The notes beneath the pieces are model-generated. The model searched no databases. It saw only the letters and a list, made by a program, of their open reading frames with translations, and was not told where the DNA came from. From the NCBI GenBank assembly GCA_964581255.1, contig CAZOMT010000033.1, positions 111,527 to 175,526 of the forward strand: a DNA stretch of 64,000 bases, written 5' to 3'. This document shows positions 46,508-55,638 of the stretch, in pieces. Within the stretch, counting starts at the first letter, position 1; every line of letters starts with the position of its first letter. Source of the DNA: an uncultured Thermodesulfatator sp. GTDB lineage: Bacteria > Desulfobacterota > Dissulfuribacteria > Dissulfuribacterales > QOAL01. A program made the position numbers and the translations under genes.

Positions 46508-47638
46508 TCAATCATGGCCAAAATGTCTGGTATGTCTCCAGCCCTTTCCCCTGTCCCAAATGGCTTGTCCCAAATGGAGTATCTGGACCCCCATTTGCCA
46601 GAGGGGAAACAAAAGGGCAATAGAGCCAACCTGGTAGGGCGTGAAAATGAAGCTTGGTAACACCCATGCGATCCAGGGGAACATGAGCAGCGGAATTATG
46701 AATTTCCAGGGTAAAAAAGAGGTGATGCCATTGAGATTGGCCAACAGAAAGGCTATCCAGAACACTGGCTTGGGGAGAATGGTCCATATGGCAGAACATG
46801 CCAAAGCAGGTCTCCTCGGGAAGAGTTTTGCGCATTTGGTTATGGTTTCAATACGGCCTCGCAGCCATCTGCTTCCTTGAACTATACTATATTTTAGACC
46901 GCGTGGTTTCTCGTCTACGACCCAGATGGAATCGGCCCAGCAGATTGGAATATCTTTTTCATAGAGCCTGATCTGGTAAAAGATGTCTTCTACAAGTCCC
47001 ATGTTTTTGTCCCATGGCACCTTGGAAAGCAGCACGTCCCTTTTGAATAACATTCCAGTGCCGCACAGATTGGCATTCAACCCCAGTACTGCCCGTCCTC
47101 TTTGGATAACGCGGTTCAAAAATCCATAAAGGACCGTGATCATTTTTGTGGTGAGCGAGCTCTTGGGATTTGCTGGCCTTGCTTCAACCTGAAGTACCTG
47201 TGGATTGGAGGCAAGCACTTCAGGCAGAACAATCCAGAAATTGCCAGACAGGATGTTGTCGGCATCCATGATCATCAAATAGTCCCAACTCTCAGTTTTA
47301 TAAAAATCAAGTGCGGCTGCAAGTGCCTTGGCCTTGGTCGAACTGTTTCCTTGGTTGAAGATGAATGTTTCGAACCCGAGCCTTCTTGCGATCTCGGGAG
47401 TGCGGTCGTTGCAATGGTCCGCCACGACGACAACCCTGGCAGGGGCCTCTTTCAGGGTTGAAAGTGTTGTCTCTATCACCTGTTCTTCGTTGTGGGCTGG
47501 TATGAGGACAAGGATTTCTGGCAAACGGCCAGCCTTTTCAAGCCTGTTCTTGAAAAGAAAAGAGGACAAGAAAAGCATGAGGATGATCGCATCCCACGCA
47601 ACCAGCAGGGTGAGAAGAATGATAAAGAGCAGTTGCAT
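46508..47638 (-). CDS. Membrane-embedded processive family-2 glycosyltransferase (synthase type, QxxRW)
   Basis: An N-terminal TM segment is followed by a GT2 fold (LIPAHNEEQVI, MDADN, VEDI) and the QGSRW motif. A C-terminal polytopic segment follows. Confidence 0.8.
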   Translation of the reverse strand: MQLLFIILLTLLVAWDAIILMLFLSSFLFKNRLEKAGRLPEILVLIPAHNEEQVIETTLSTLKEAPARVVVVADHCNDRTPEIARRLGFETFIFNQGNSSTKAKALAAALDFYKTESWDYLMIMDADNILSGNFWIVLPEVLASNPQVLQVEARPANPKSSLTTKMITVLYGFLNRVIQRGRAVLGLNANLCGTGMLFKRDVLLSKVPWDKNMGLVEDIFYQIRLYEKDIPICWADSIWVVDEKPRGLKYSIVQGSRWLRGRIETITKCAKLFPRRPALACSAIWTILPKPVFWIAFLLANLNGITSFLPWKFIIPLLMFPWIAWVLPSFIFTPYQVGSIALLFPLWQMGVQILHLGQAIWDRGKGWRHTRHFGHD

Positions 47639-47674
47639 TAATCGTCCGCTTTGGATATGAGCAGGCTACGTGTC

Positions 47675-50600
47675 TTATTGGTTGAAAATTTTTTTAAATG
47701 TCTTGGCTGTCTCATACACCATATTTTCAACACTGTATTTTTCCTCTACAAGCCTTTTTCTTTTTTGGGCATGGGATCTCCAATAGTCCTTACGCTCGAT
47801 CATGTCTTCCATTGCCTGCGTCAGTGCAGAGAGATTTTGGGGTCGGGCTTCTTGTGTGTAAAGGCCAAGTTCTTCCCCCTTCAGATTGGTAATGCTTCCA
47901 AAGGAGTTTGGAACCAGTATGCCAATCCACTCTTCAGTGAGCACATCCCTTGCGCCTCCCACATCTGTCAAAATGACCGGCAGGCCAAAATAAAGCGCTT
48001 CTGTCTTCGCTATGCTCCAGCCCTCAACAATCGACGGCATCAGAAATGCATCGGCAAGCCTGTAGAGGTCTGCCTTTTCCTCTATGAAACCTGGAAATAG
48101 TATCCTTTTTTCAAGCCCCAACTCAGAAACCCGTTCTTTGATCCTGTTGAAATAGGCTTGATCCATGATATTTCCTGCACACAAGATCTTTGCTTCAGGG
48201 TGTGATCTGCTCAATTCTGCAAGGGCACTAATCATGGCATGATGATTTTTTCTGCCATCAATGGATGCAGGGTTCAGAAAGATGAAGTCTCGGTCAGTCA
48301 GCCCCAGGCTAGATCTTGTGACCTTTGGAGGCACTTGGGAAATGAGTCTTAGTAGAACGGTGTCTACACCGTTTGGAATCACGGTGATCTTCTCTTTGGA
48401 AATCCCCATTACATCACTCAAATAGTCCCGTACAGAAGAAGACACTGCTATGTAATGTTTTATGTATTGGTCCTTGTTCCTGAAATCCTTCCTTTGGGCA
48501 CGGTCAAACCAGACATAGGCGTTGTGAATGGTGGCAATGATGGGGATGCCAAGTTTTTTTGAAATGGCAAGGCCAAAATCGCTGTAGTGGCTGTTTAAGA
48601 GGCCTATTTCGTTTTCCTTGAGAAATTTTTCATAGCGATCAGCCTGTTTCTGGAAGAATTGCACGTCGAGCCCTTGTCTCAATGCCTTTTGGGCCATGAA
48701 ACCACCACCCTGGGCACAGGATATGGTGATTTTAAACAGGTTTTTGTCAAACTGAGAGGCAAGGTTGAAGACTACTTCTTCCAGACCTCCTTTATCCATG
48801 GAGTTTATTTCGAGCGCAATGTGTTTTCTGGTCGGCAAGGGTTTAAGGACAGTGGGAAGCTTTGCCCCAAATGCATTCCTTCCCCCACACGCCTTTTCTA
48901 TGAAAAGGTCGTTGTTTGCAGCAGAGAAAAGATATCTGGCAGTACCATTTGGTGAATGTTTGTCTAAGTAGGCGTCGCAGATACGCCGATCCGCCAAGCA
49001 CTCGAGGGCCTGTTCAATCTTTTGAGCCATATCTTTATCTGATGAAAACCCGAACCAGTAGGGTGCGTCAGGGGCATACCTGAATTTTTCCGGGGCCATA
49101 AAGGGTCTAGCCATGGTAAGGGCGTCACCATATGCAGTGTGCACCGCAGCCCTGGGGCAACTGGCCTTTACGGGCATCCAAAGGGCTGACACGGCCCCTG
49201 CCAAGGGATAAAGCTGTTCCAGATTTTCAAAATGGACAAAATGGATATTGGCCTTTTTGAAAAGGTCAGGATGTATTTTCTTTTCGCCCCTGTGAGGTGA
49301 GGCGAATACAAGATCCACTGCCTCAAGGGCGTCTGCCGCCTTCAAGACAAGCCCTTTGTCCACGTTATCAAGTCCTCCAACAGAAAGGAGAATAGGACCT
49401 TTTCGCCACGGAAACTGCCATACGGGAAATTTGTCATCCCTGGCCTTTCTCAGAATATCCTTGGCCTTCAAGGGATAGGTGAGAAGAAGACCCTTTTCTC
49501 TGTCGTGGATGTTCAGGGATTCGAATGTTTCTTTTTGGTCGACATAGATGACCTTTAGGACCACGTTTTTGGGAATGGAAGAAGGGAGTGGTTGATGGTT
49601 GTCTTTTGATAAGACGAGACCGCACCAGATGTCTCTGTCTATACCCTCTAAATGGCCGATTCCATCCATCCAGTCGGTAAGGACCAAGATTTTATTCTGA
49701 GGATCTTCTTTGACGGCGGCCTTCCAGGCTGAGACAGAGGTATGTGGAAGCGAAGACGCCTTTTGATCCTGCAAATCTGTACCTGTTACCACTCGAAAGG
49801 CGCAACCTTGTTCACAAAGCCCCTTGGCCAGGTCGAAGGTGAGGCCACAGGATTCGTCCATCATGCCTTTGGAAAGAAAAATAACAGTGAATTTCTTCTT
49901 GTAATAATGTTTCCGCTCCTGGTGTTCCTCGATGAGTCTTTTTACGTTGTGAACGATATGGGTATCGCCATATCGGCCACTCAAGGAATTTTCGTGGACC
50001 CTGTATTGATAAAGGACATTTTTGGATTCTATCTTTTGGATGGCGAATAGTTCCTTTGTCCTGAGCCAATAGTCATAATCTTCGGTTCCGAGAAGCCTTG
50101 GATCGTAAGGTCCAAGGGCTTGGCCTACTGTTTGCCTGTATAGGAAGGCCGCATTTATGAAGTTGTCAGCTACAGCGTCCAGTGCCTTTACCTCAGAGGG
50201 CAAATCGAGGACACTTGAACCATTGGAAGCCTGGTTCTGCACCCTGTAGTCCGAATCCAAGAGGGGCAGCCCATTTTCGTCTATTATTTCGACATTGCCA
50301 TAGGTGAGATCCACATTGGGCCTTTTCAGGAGAAAGGTGGCAAGGGTTTCGATCTGCCACGGCAGCATGATATTGTCTGCTGAGGTCCAGGAGTAAAAGG
50401 CGCCTTTTGCAAAACGGAATCCATTGGTCAAGGCCCTTGGAAGTTTCTGGTTTTCCTGGCTCAGAATTGTGATATTTCTCCTGCCGATGTACGGTGCGAG
50501 GACATGTTCGAGATTGTCTGTGGATCCATCGTTCACTATGACTATCTGTATATTGGGGTAGGTTTGGTTCAATATGCTTTCTACCGCAAGCCTTGCACTC

Positions 50601-52252
50601 GAGGCATGATTGTAGATAGGTAGCACAACTGTGGCAAGTGGATATGTATCCATGAGGCAGGGCGCAATGTGGAGATCCTTCTTGTCCCCTGTCACCCCTT
50701 TTCTCTCTATGTCACGTTTTCGGTTTTTGTGGCCTTGTTTTGACAGCTCCTGTGGCCCCCTGTTTTCATCAGAAGATATTTGAGGACGGGACATTGATGA
50801 AATCAGTTTCGCCTTGAGGCTTGGGCCATATTTTGCTCTGATCCCGAGGGGAAGGAGGTGCCACGCCTGTTGACCTATTTCTAGGAGGCTCCTGGAGCCT
50901 CTGCCAAAGAAGGCACAAAGTTTCAGGGTGCATCTTACGATACGCCGGTTCAGAAACCTTTCTCTGGCCTCAAGCTCCTTCTGGTAGCCTTCGAGCCAAT
51001 TGAGTTTTTCATCCAGGGAGGCATTCCATTCGGTTAGCTCCTTTTCCCGTCTTTCAAGCCTCTTGAACTCCTCTGCTATTTTCTGATATTCCCCATTGAG
51101 CTTTTCGTATTCTTTTCTTAGGGCCCTTCGTTCTTCCAGGATGTCAGGGACTTCCTGTTGGTATCTTGCAAGCTCTGCCTTTAGTTTTACGAGGTTTGAC
51201 ACCTTATCAACGTGGACCTTGAATTCTGCCAACTCCCCCTCTGTCAGGGCAAGCCTCTTAGACAGTTCCAGCAGCCTGTCATCCCTGAGATCCAGGAAGG
51301 CCTGGCGTCTTTCCAGACGCTTGACCAGTATGTCTGGAATCTTTATGCCAGGTTGGAGTTGTCGGGCCCTGAACAGGAAGAGCTTGCACCAGGGTAAAAG
51401 CTCCAAGAGTCCGGATCTCATAAGGTGGTCAGTCAGGCGGATATACCTCAATGCTTCTTCCTTGGCCCTGTTTGGCAGCGGGATATCTTTAAGCTCTGGA
51501 TAGATGTCGTCTATTTGGAGTCTGGTCAGGGCCTTCACGAGTATGTAGGCCCTTTCGAAGTTGATGGGTTCTTGGGCCTTAAAGGTCAGATTCTCTCCAT
51601 GCCACCTGTAATATAAGAGGGGCTTGTGGAGCCAGAAGGCGCGTCTTCCAGGCAGCAGTTTCAGCCAGAGGTCGTAATCCTGCGCGTATGTCAATCCGTC
51701 GTCAAAGCCGCCAACCTCCCTCAAAGCATCCAGGCGGATCAGGGCAGACGGCGCTGGTATGAAGTTTCTTTCAAAAAGGTGTGGAATGATTTGTCTTTCA
51801 TCTTGAAATTGGACCTGATGCCACTTGGATATGGCATCTTGCGTATCGACAATCTTTCCACTGCCATCAACGGGAATCTGGTCTGAAAAGACGCATACAA
51901 GTTCTGGCCTTTTTTCAATGACTTCCATCTGCAATGAAAGTTTGGATTCATGGAAATAGTCGTCAGAGGGCAGGAAATTGAAATATTTTCCCCTGGCTAA
52001 GCGGACAGCCTTGTTCAGGGTAGGACTGAGACCGATGTTTTGCTGGTAAAATATCCGTATGGCCGAATGTCCTTTATAGGAGTCTATGATTTCGGGTGTG
52101 GAGTCGGTGGATCCGTCGTCAATGATTATCAGTTCCCAGTCCTTAAATTTTTGGGCCAAGACGCTCTCTATGGCATCTCTTACATATTTTTCGTGGTTGA
52201 ATGCAGGTATTGCTATTGTCACTAGAGGTGTCGATGTATTCTTGGAATCCAT
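47675..52252 (-). CDS. Giant multidomain glycosyltransferase: GT2 - coiled coil - GT2 - GT-B-like - GT4
   Basis: The ORF is 1525 aa. Residues 9-225 form a GT2 module (IAIPAFNHEKYV...IIIDDGSTD...PSDD). Residues ~312-437 are a heptad-rich Glu/Lys/Leu segment. Residues 538-760 form a second GT2 module (VLPIYNHASS...VNDGSTD...SADN). Residues ~785-1115 are Rossmann-like. Residues 1143-1525 form a GT4 module (IPNGVD...EGWSIAKTEALYFGLPVILTDVGG). Confidence 0.85.
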   Translation of the reverse strand: MDSKNTSTPLVTIAIPAFNHEKYVRDAIESVLAQKFKDWELIIIDDGSTDSTPEIIDSYKGHSAIRIFYQQNIGLSPTLNKAVRLARGKYFNFLPSDDYFHESKLSLQMEVIEKRPELVCVFSDQIPVDGSGKIVDTQDAISKWHQVQFQDERQIIPHLFERNFIPAPSALIRLDALREVGGFDDGLTYAQDYDLWLKLLPGRRAFWLHKPLLYYRWHGENLTFKAQEPINFERAYILVKALTRLQIDDIYPELKDIPLPNRAKEEALRYIRLTDHLMRSGLLELLPWCKLFLFRARQLQPGIKIPDILVKRLERRQAFLDLRDDRLLELSKRLALTEGELAEFKVHVDKVSNLVKLKAELARYQQEVPDILEERRALRKEYEKLNGEYQKIAEEFKRLERREKELTEWNASLDEKLNWLEGYQKELEARERFLNRRIVRCTLKLCAFFGRGSRSLLEIGQQAWHLLPLGIRAKYGPSLKAKLISSMSRPQISSDENRGPQELSKQGHKNRKRDIERKGVTGDKKDLHIAPCLMDTYPLATVVLPIYNHASSARLAVESILNQTYPNIQIVIVNDGSTDNLEHVLAPYIGRRNITILSQENQKLPRALTNGFRFAKGAFYSWTSADNIMLPWQIETLATFLLKRPNVDLTYGNVEIIDENGLPLLDSDYRVQNQASNGSSVLDLPSEVKALDAVADNFINAAFLYRQTVGQALGPYDPRLLGTEDYDYWLRTKELFAIQKIESKNVLYQYRVHENSLSGRYGDTHIVHNVKRLIEEHQERKHYYKKKFTVIFLSKGMMDESCGLTFDLAKGLCEQGCAFRVVTGTDLQDQKASSLPHTSVSAWKAAVKEDPQNKILVLTDWMDGIGHLEGIDRDIWCGLVLSKDNHQPLPSSIPKNVVLKVIYVDQKETFESLNIHDREKGLLLTYPLKAKDILRKARDDKFPVWQFPWRKGPILLSVGGLDNVDKGLVLKAADALEAVDLVFASPHRGEKKIHPDLFKKANIHFVHFENLEQLYPLAGAVSALWMPVKASCPRAAVHTAYGDALTMARPFMAPEKFRYAPDAPYWFGFSSDKDMAQKIEQALECLADRRICDAYLDKHSPNGTARYLFSAANNDLFIEKACGGRNAFGAKLPTVLKPLPTRKHIALEINSMDKGGLEEVVFNLASQFDKNLFKITISCAQGGGFMAQKALRQGLDVQFFQKQADRYEKFLKENEIGLLNSHYSDFGLAISKKLGIPIIATIHNAYVWFDRAQRKDFRNKDQYIKHYIAVSSSVRDYLSDVMGISKEKITVIPNGVDTVLLRLISQVPPKVTRSSLGLTDRDFIFLNPASIDGRKNHHAMISALAELSRSHPEAKILCAGNIMDQAYFNRIKERVSELGLEKRILFPGFIEEKADLYRLADAFLMPSIVEGWSIAKTEALYFGLPVILTDVGGARDVLTEEWIGILVPNSFGSITNLKGEELGLYTQEARPQNLSALTQAMEDMIERKDYWRSHAQKRKRLVEEKYSVENMVYETAKTFKKIFNQ

Positions 52253-52524
52253 TTACTTAAGTTGTGCTCCTCTGTATAAGCTCGGTTTGTTTGAGAAAAG
52301 GAGTGCTAATGAATGACAGAATAATGCCTTCTTTAATCAGCAAGCCCTGTTTGATAGAAGATCTTCGCCTTTTTCATTTCCTTACCTGGATGTCAAAGTT
52401 GTCCATGCCGTGATACTGTGTGAAAAGCCTTGTATTTTGATCCATGAAAAGGCAGAAGACAATGTCTTAAAGGGCCAAAAAATGTTACCAGAACTTTGGC
52501 GGAAAACCAAATCCAATCGTTTCC

Positions 52525-52860
52525 GTTCTTCTGGCAAAATAGTAGCTGAAGGAGACATGGTCTTGAAAAGGGCATGTGCAGTTTTTGAGGTGGCTTCAGA
52601 CATGTTCCTGATATTTTGAGGCTTATTTTCTTGAATAAATAAAGCCACTGAGAAAAAGGGCACTTTTAGAACTTACCCGTAAGGCTCGGGAGCCAAGAGA
52701 TGGCTTTGAGGCAGACGTTGGGAATAGGCTCTAGAGATTCTTGGGCAATGCCAAGCCTCGCCGCTCTTGGCTTTTCCCTTTTTGTGAAAGGCTTTGTCTT
52801 GACTCTTTTTTATGTCCCGTGCATCTTCTTGGGTACTCATGTGCTGGAAGAACCATTCTT
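52525..52860 (+). repeat. Copy B of the dispersed intergenic repeat family
   Basis: ttctggcaaaatagtagctgaaggagacatggtcttgaaaaggg is colinear with copy A at 45960-46005. The core is cagacatgttcctgatattttgaggcttattttc (52597-52630). Block 2 is ggtactcatgtgctggaagaacc (52832-52854). Confidence 0.7.
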
Positions 52861-52939
52861 TCAACATGACTTCTCTGTGGCAATTAGTGAATGTTGGCAT
52901 TAACCTAAAGACTGGCCAAAATAGGGATGCTTGATGCGA

Positions 52940-53050
52940 GCAACAGGCGTATTAGAGAAACAACTACAGACGAGTCTTTGATATTTCGAGGATCATTGTT
53001 CCATAACGAGTCAGTTGTTGGAAACAAGAACGAACTTTTAGAGGTGGCCT
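52940..53050 (+). repeat. Copy C (short, more diverged) of the dispersed repeat family
   Basis: The core cagacgagtctttgatatttcgaggatcattgttc (52966-53000) lies immediately upstream of the GT gene that starts at 53085. Confidence 0.5.
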
Positions 53051-53084
53051 AAGGTAACTAGTTGTTTGGGCATAAGGAGCCGAA

Positions 53085-54254
53085 TTGCAACCAGCAAAAC
53101 CCTACAGGTTGATATTTTATCCACCTATTGAGTGGGGTGGCCTTTTTCAGCGCCCCCATCATTTATCTCTACAGTTGGCGCGCCTTTTTGAGCAAGTCCT
53201 TTACATTCAGCCAGCAGGCTTGAGAAATCCTGTCTTGAAGGATCTGGGAAGGCTTGGAAATCTTTTTTCCCAGAGGCCCAAAAACTTGAGGGGCCGCGGC
53301 CTTGAGAACAGGAGGGTCAGGGTATGTTCCTTGCCATTTTTGCCGTTTCAGGGCCTTAGCGCCTTTGACGTGTACAATGGTTGGATCTTTTCCCATATCG
53401 TAAACAGGGACAAACAGGCCTATGAAGACACAATTATTTGGATAGGCGCTCCAGCCCCGTTTTTGAAGAAGGCCCTCAAAAAACTCCATTTCGCCACAGT
53501 GGTATTCGACTGGATGGATGACTATTCTATCTTTTCTCACTTGCCGTCAAGGGTCGTGGACATGCAGTATTGGATGTTGAAAAGGGCAGATTTGGTGTTT
53601 GCAAGTTCTGAGATCCTATTAAGAAGGGCTGCGCAGATTAGAAGAGACAGGCTTTGGCTCTTGCCAAATGGTGTTGATCTTGCCCATTGGTCTTTGCCAG
53701 AAGGGCCTTGCTCCCCTCAAAGGCCCTTTGGAGACAATGTGATAGGATATTTTGGGACCATCTCCCATTGGCTGGACAAGGAGTTGGTTCACGACTTGGC
53801 TGAAGGGCATAAGGACTGGAATTTTGTCTTTGTGGGGCCAAGGGCAGACAACGGGGGTTTGGATCATATTTTTGGACTATCCAATTGTCATCACGTCACG
53901 TCTTTGCCCTACGATGAGCTTCCTGCGGTTGCAAGCGGGTTTGATGTGTGCTGGATACCCTTTAAGATGACAAGCCGTGTAAAGAGCATAAACCCGGTAA
54001 AGGCGTACGAGTATCTGGCCATGGGAAAACCTGTTGTGTCCATTCCACTTCCAGATCTTGAACCATTGGAGGGAGCCATAAGCTTTGCAACTGATTTATC
54101 CGCTTTTGAAAGGGCCATCTCAAGGGCCTTGTCTGGCAAGGGACAGGGTGCATCTCCACAAGAACGGAGGGCTGCGGTAGCTTCTTATAGTTGGGAACGT
54201 CTGGGCCAAAAGGCTGCAGCCATACTCAAGGAATTTCTGAATAGTAGCACTTGA
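53085..54254 (+). CDS. GT-B fold glycosyltransferase (group 1 / TuaH-like)
   Basis: The 389-aa ORF has a TTG start and a C-terminal GT1-like region (GYFGTISHWLD...VFVGP...NPVKAYEYLAMGKPVVS). Confidence 0.7.
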   Translation: MQPAKPYRLIFYPPIEWGGLFQRPHHLSLQLARLFEQVLYIQPAGLRNPVLKDLGRLGNLFSQRPKNLRGRGLENRRVRVCSLPFLPFQGLSAFDVYNGWIFSHIVNRDKQAYEDTIIWIGAPAPFLKKALKKLHFATVVFDWMDDYSIFSHLPSRVVDMQYWMLKRADLVFASSEILLRRAAQIRRDRLWLLPNGVDLAHWSLPEGPCSPQRPFGDNVIGYFGTISHWLDKELVHDLAEGHKDWNFVFVGPRADNGGLDHIFGLSNCHHVTSLPYDELPAVASGFDVCWIPFKMTSRVKSINPVKAYEYLAMGKPVVSIPLPDLEPLEGAISFATDLSAFERAISRALSGKGQGASPQERRAAVASYSWERLGQKAAAILKEFLNSST

Positions 54255-54322
54255 AAGTGGTGGTCAAGGCAATTTCCCGGTAAATAGAGGCATCCATTTG
54301 TATTCAGGAAAGGAAAGGCACG

Positions 54323-55453
54323 TTGAAAAAGATAGTAGTTACAGTTGGGACTAGGCCGGAAGTAGTAAAGATGGGGCCATTGGTCCATGAGTTGAAAAGA
54401 CATTCTGAAATCTTTCAGACAATCCTGGTTTCGACATCCCAACACAGGCAGATGCTGGATCAGGCACTCCAGGTGTTCGGCTTGGTACCAGACCATGATC
54501 TCAACATCATGGTGCCGGGCCAGAGCCTGTGCTCTTCCACGGCAAGGGCCCTTGAAGGCATGGGCAGCCTCCTTTCAGAGATCAAGCCCCATCTGCTTCT
54601 TGTGCAGGGCGATACGAATACCGTCTTGTCAGGCGCCCTTGCCGCCCATTACCACAAAGTGCCAGTGGGTCATGTGGAGGCAGGGCTTCGGACAGACGAT
54701 CCTTATTTGCCCTTTCCTGAGGAGATGAACAGGAGGCTCACCTCCAGGCTATGCAGGCTTCATTTCGCTCCCACCAAAAGGGCGCGTGACAATCTGATGG
54801 ACGAGGGGATAGGGCCAGAGTTCATATTTCAGACTGGCAATACAGTTATAGACGCCCTTTACTGGGTAAAGGAGAAATATCCAGATAGGCTTCCCGAGGT
54901 GGCGCGTACTATCCTGGACAGGGGCAGAAAATTCATCCTTGTTACGGTTCACCGGAGGGAAAGCCTCGAAACACACATCTTTGGGATCATGGAGGCGTTC
55001 AAGAGGTTCATAGAGGCGTTTCAAGATGTTGAAATCGTCTATCCTGTCCATTTGAATCCCAAGGTTCAGGAGGCGGCAAGCGCTGTACTAAAGTCAGTGG
55101 ATAGGGTGCATCTCATTTCGCCAGTCTCCTATCCGGAAATAGTGAACCTCATGGCTTCGTGCCATTTCGTCCTCACTGATTCTGGTGGCATACAGGAGGA
55201 AGCCCCAACCTTTGGCAAGCCAGTCCTTGTGCTTAGGCAAGTCACAGAAAGGCCAGAGGCAATCGAGGCTGGGGTGTCAAAGCTTGTAGGAGTAAAGCCT
55301 GAAAACATCTTCAAAGAGGCAGCCCTTCTTATGGAATCAAGACAGGCCTATAAGGAAATGGCAAGACAGGTCAACCCCTTTGGGGATGGCAAGGCGTGTC
55401 AACGCATAAGGGGGCACATTGAGGCCTTTTTTCAGAATGAAGACGGATGTTGA
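54323..55453 (+). CDS. wecB: UDP-N-acetylglucosamine 2-epimerase (non-hydrolysing)
   Basis: The 376-aa ORF shows KIVVTVGTRPEVVKMGPL, QGDTNTVL, HVEAGLRT, TDSGGIQEEAP and TERPE blocks. The start is TTG. Confidence 0.9.
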   Translation: MKKIVVTVGTRPEVVKMGPLVHELKRHSEIFQTILVSTSQHRQMLDQALQVFGLVPDHDLNIMVPGQSLCSSTARALEGMGSLLSEIKPHLLLVQGDTNTVLSGALAAHYHKVPVGHVEAGLRTDDPYLPFPEEMNRRLTSRLCRLHFAPTKRARDNLMDEGIGPEFIFQTGNTVIDALYWVKEKYPDRLPEVARTILDRGRKFILVTVHRRESLETHIFGIMEAFKRFIEAFQDVEIVYPVHLNPKVQEAASAVLKSVDRVHLISPVSYPEIVNLMASCHFVLTDSGGIQEEAPTFGKPVLVLRQVTERPEAIEAGVSKLVGVKPENIFKEAALLMESRQAYKEMARQVNPFGDGKACQRIRGHIEAFFQNEDGC

Positions 55454-55638
55454 TTGGCTGATTATGTAACATTCTGAATCCATTTGGCCAGATCTGACCA
55501 GGTTCAATCAGGCCAAAAAGGGAGGAGGGCTTTTTAACATGCCGAAACTACGCCGTTTTAGTGTTTGTGGCCATCATGGCACGAAAAGTGCTGAGTAATC
55601 ACCTGAGATTATCAGTCCGTATTTTGAAAAGGGGAGAA

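Noticed and set aside
52382-52900. Two minus-strand ORFs (93 and 75 aa) inside repeat copy B that might be a transposase remnant.
   Set aside because: The homologous stretches in copies A and D are broken by stops at different positions. I cannot match the translations (…NKPQNIRNMS…, …WFFQHMSTQ…) to any transposase family, so I report them as repeat DNA only.
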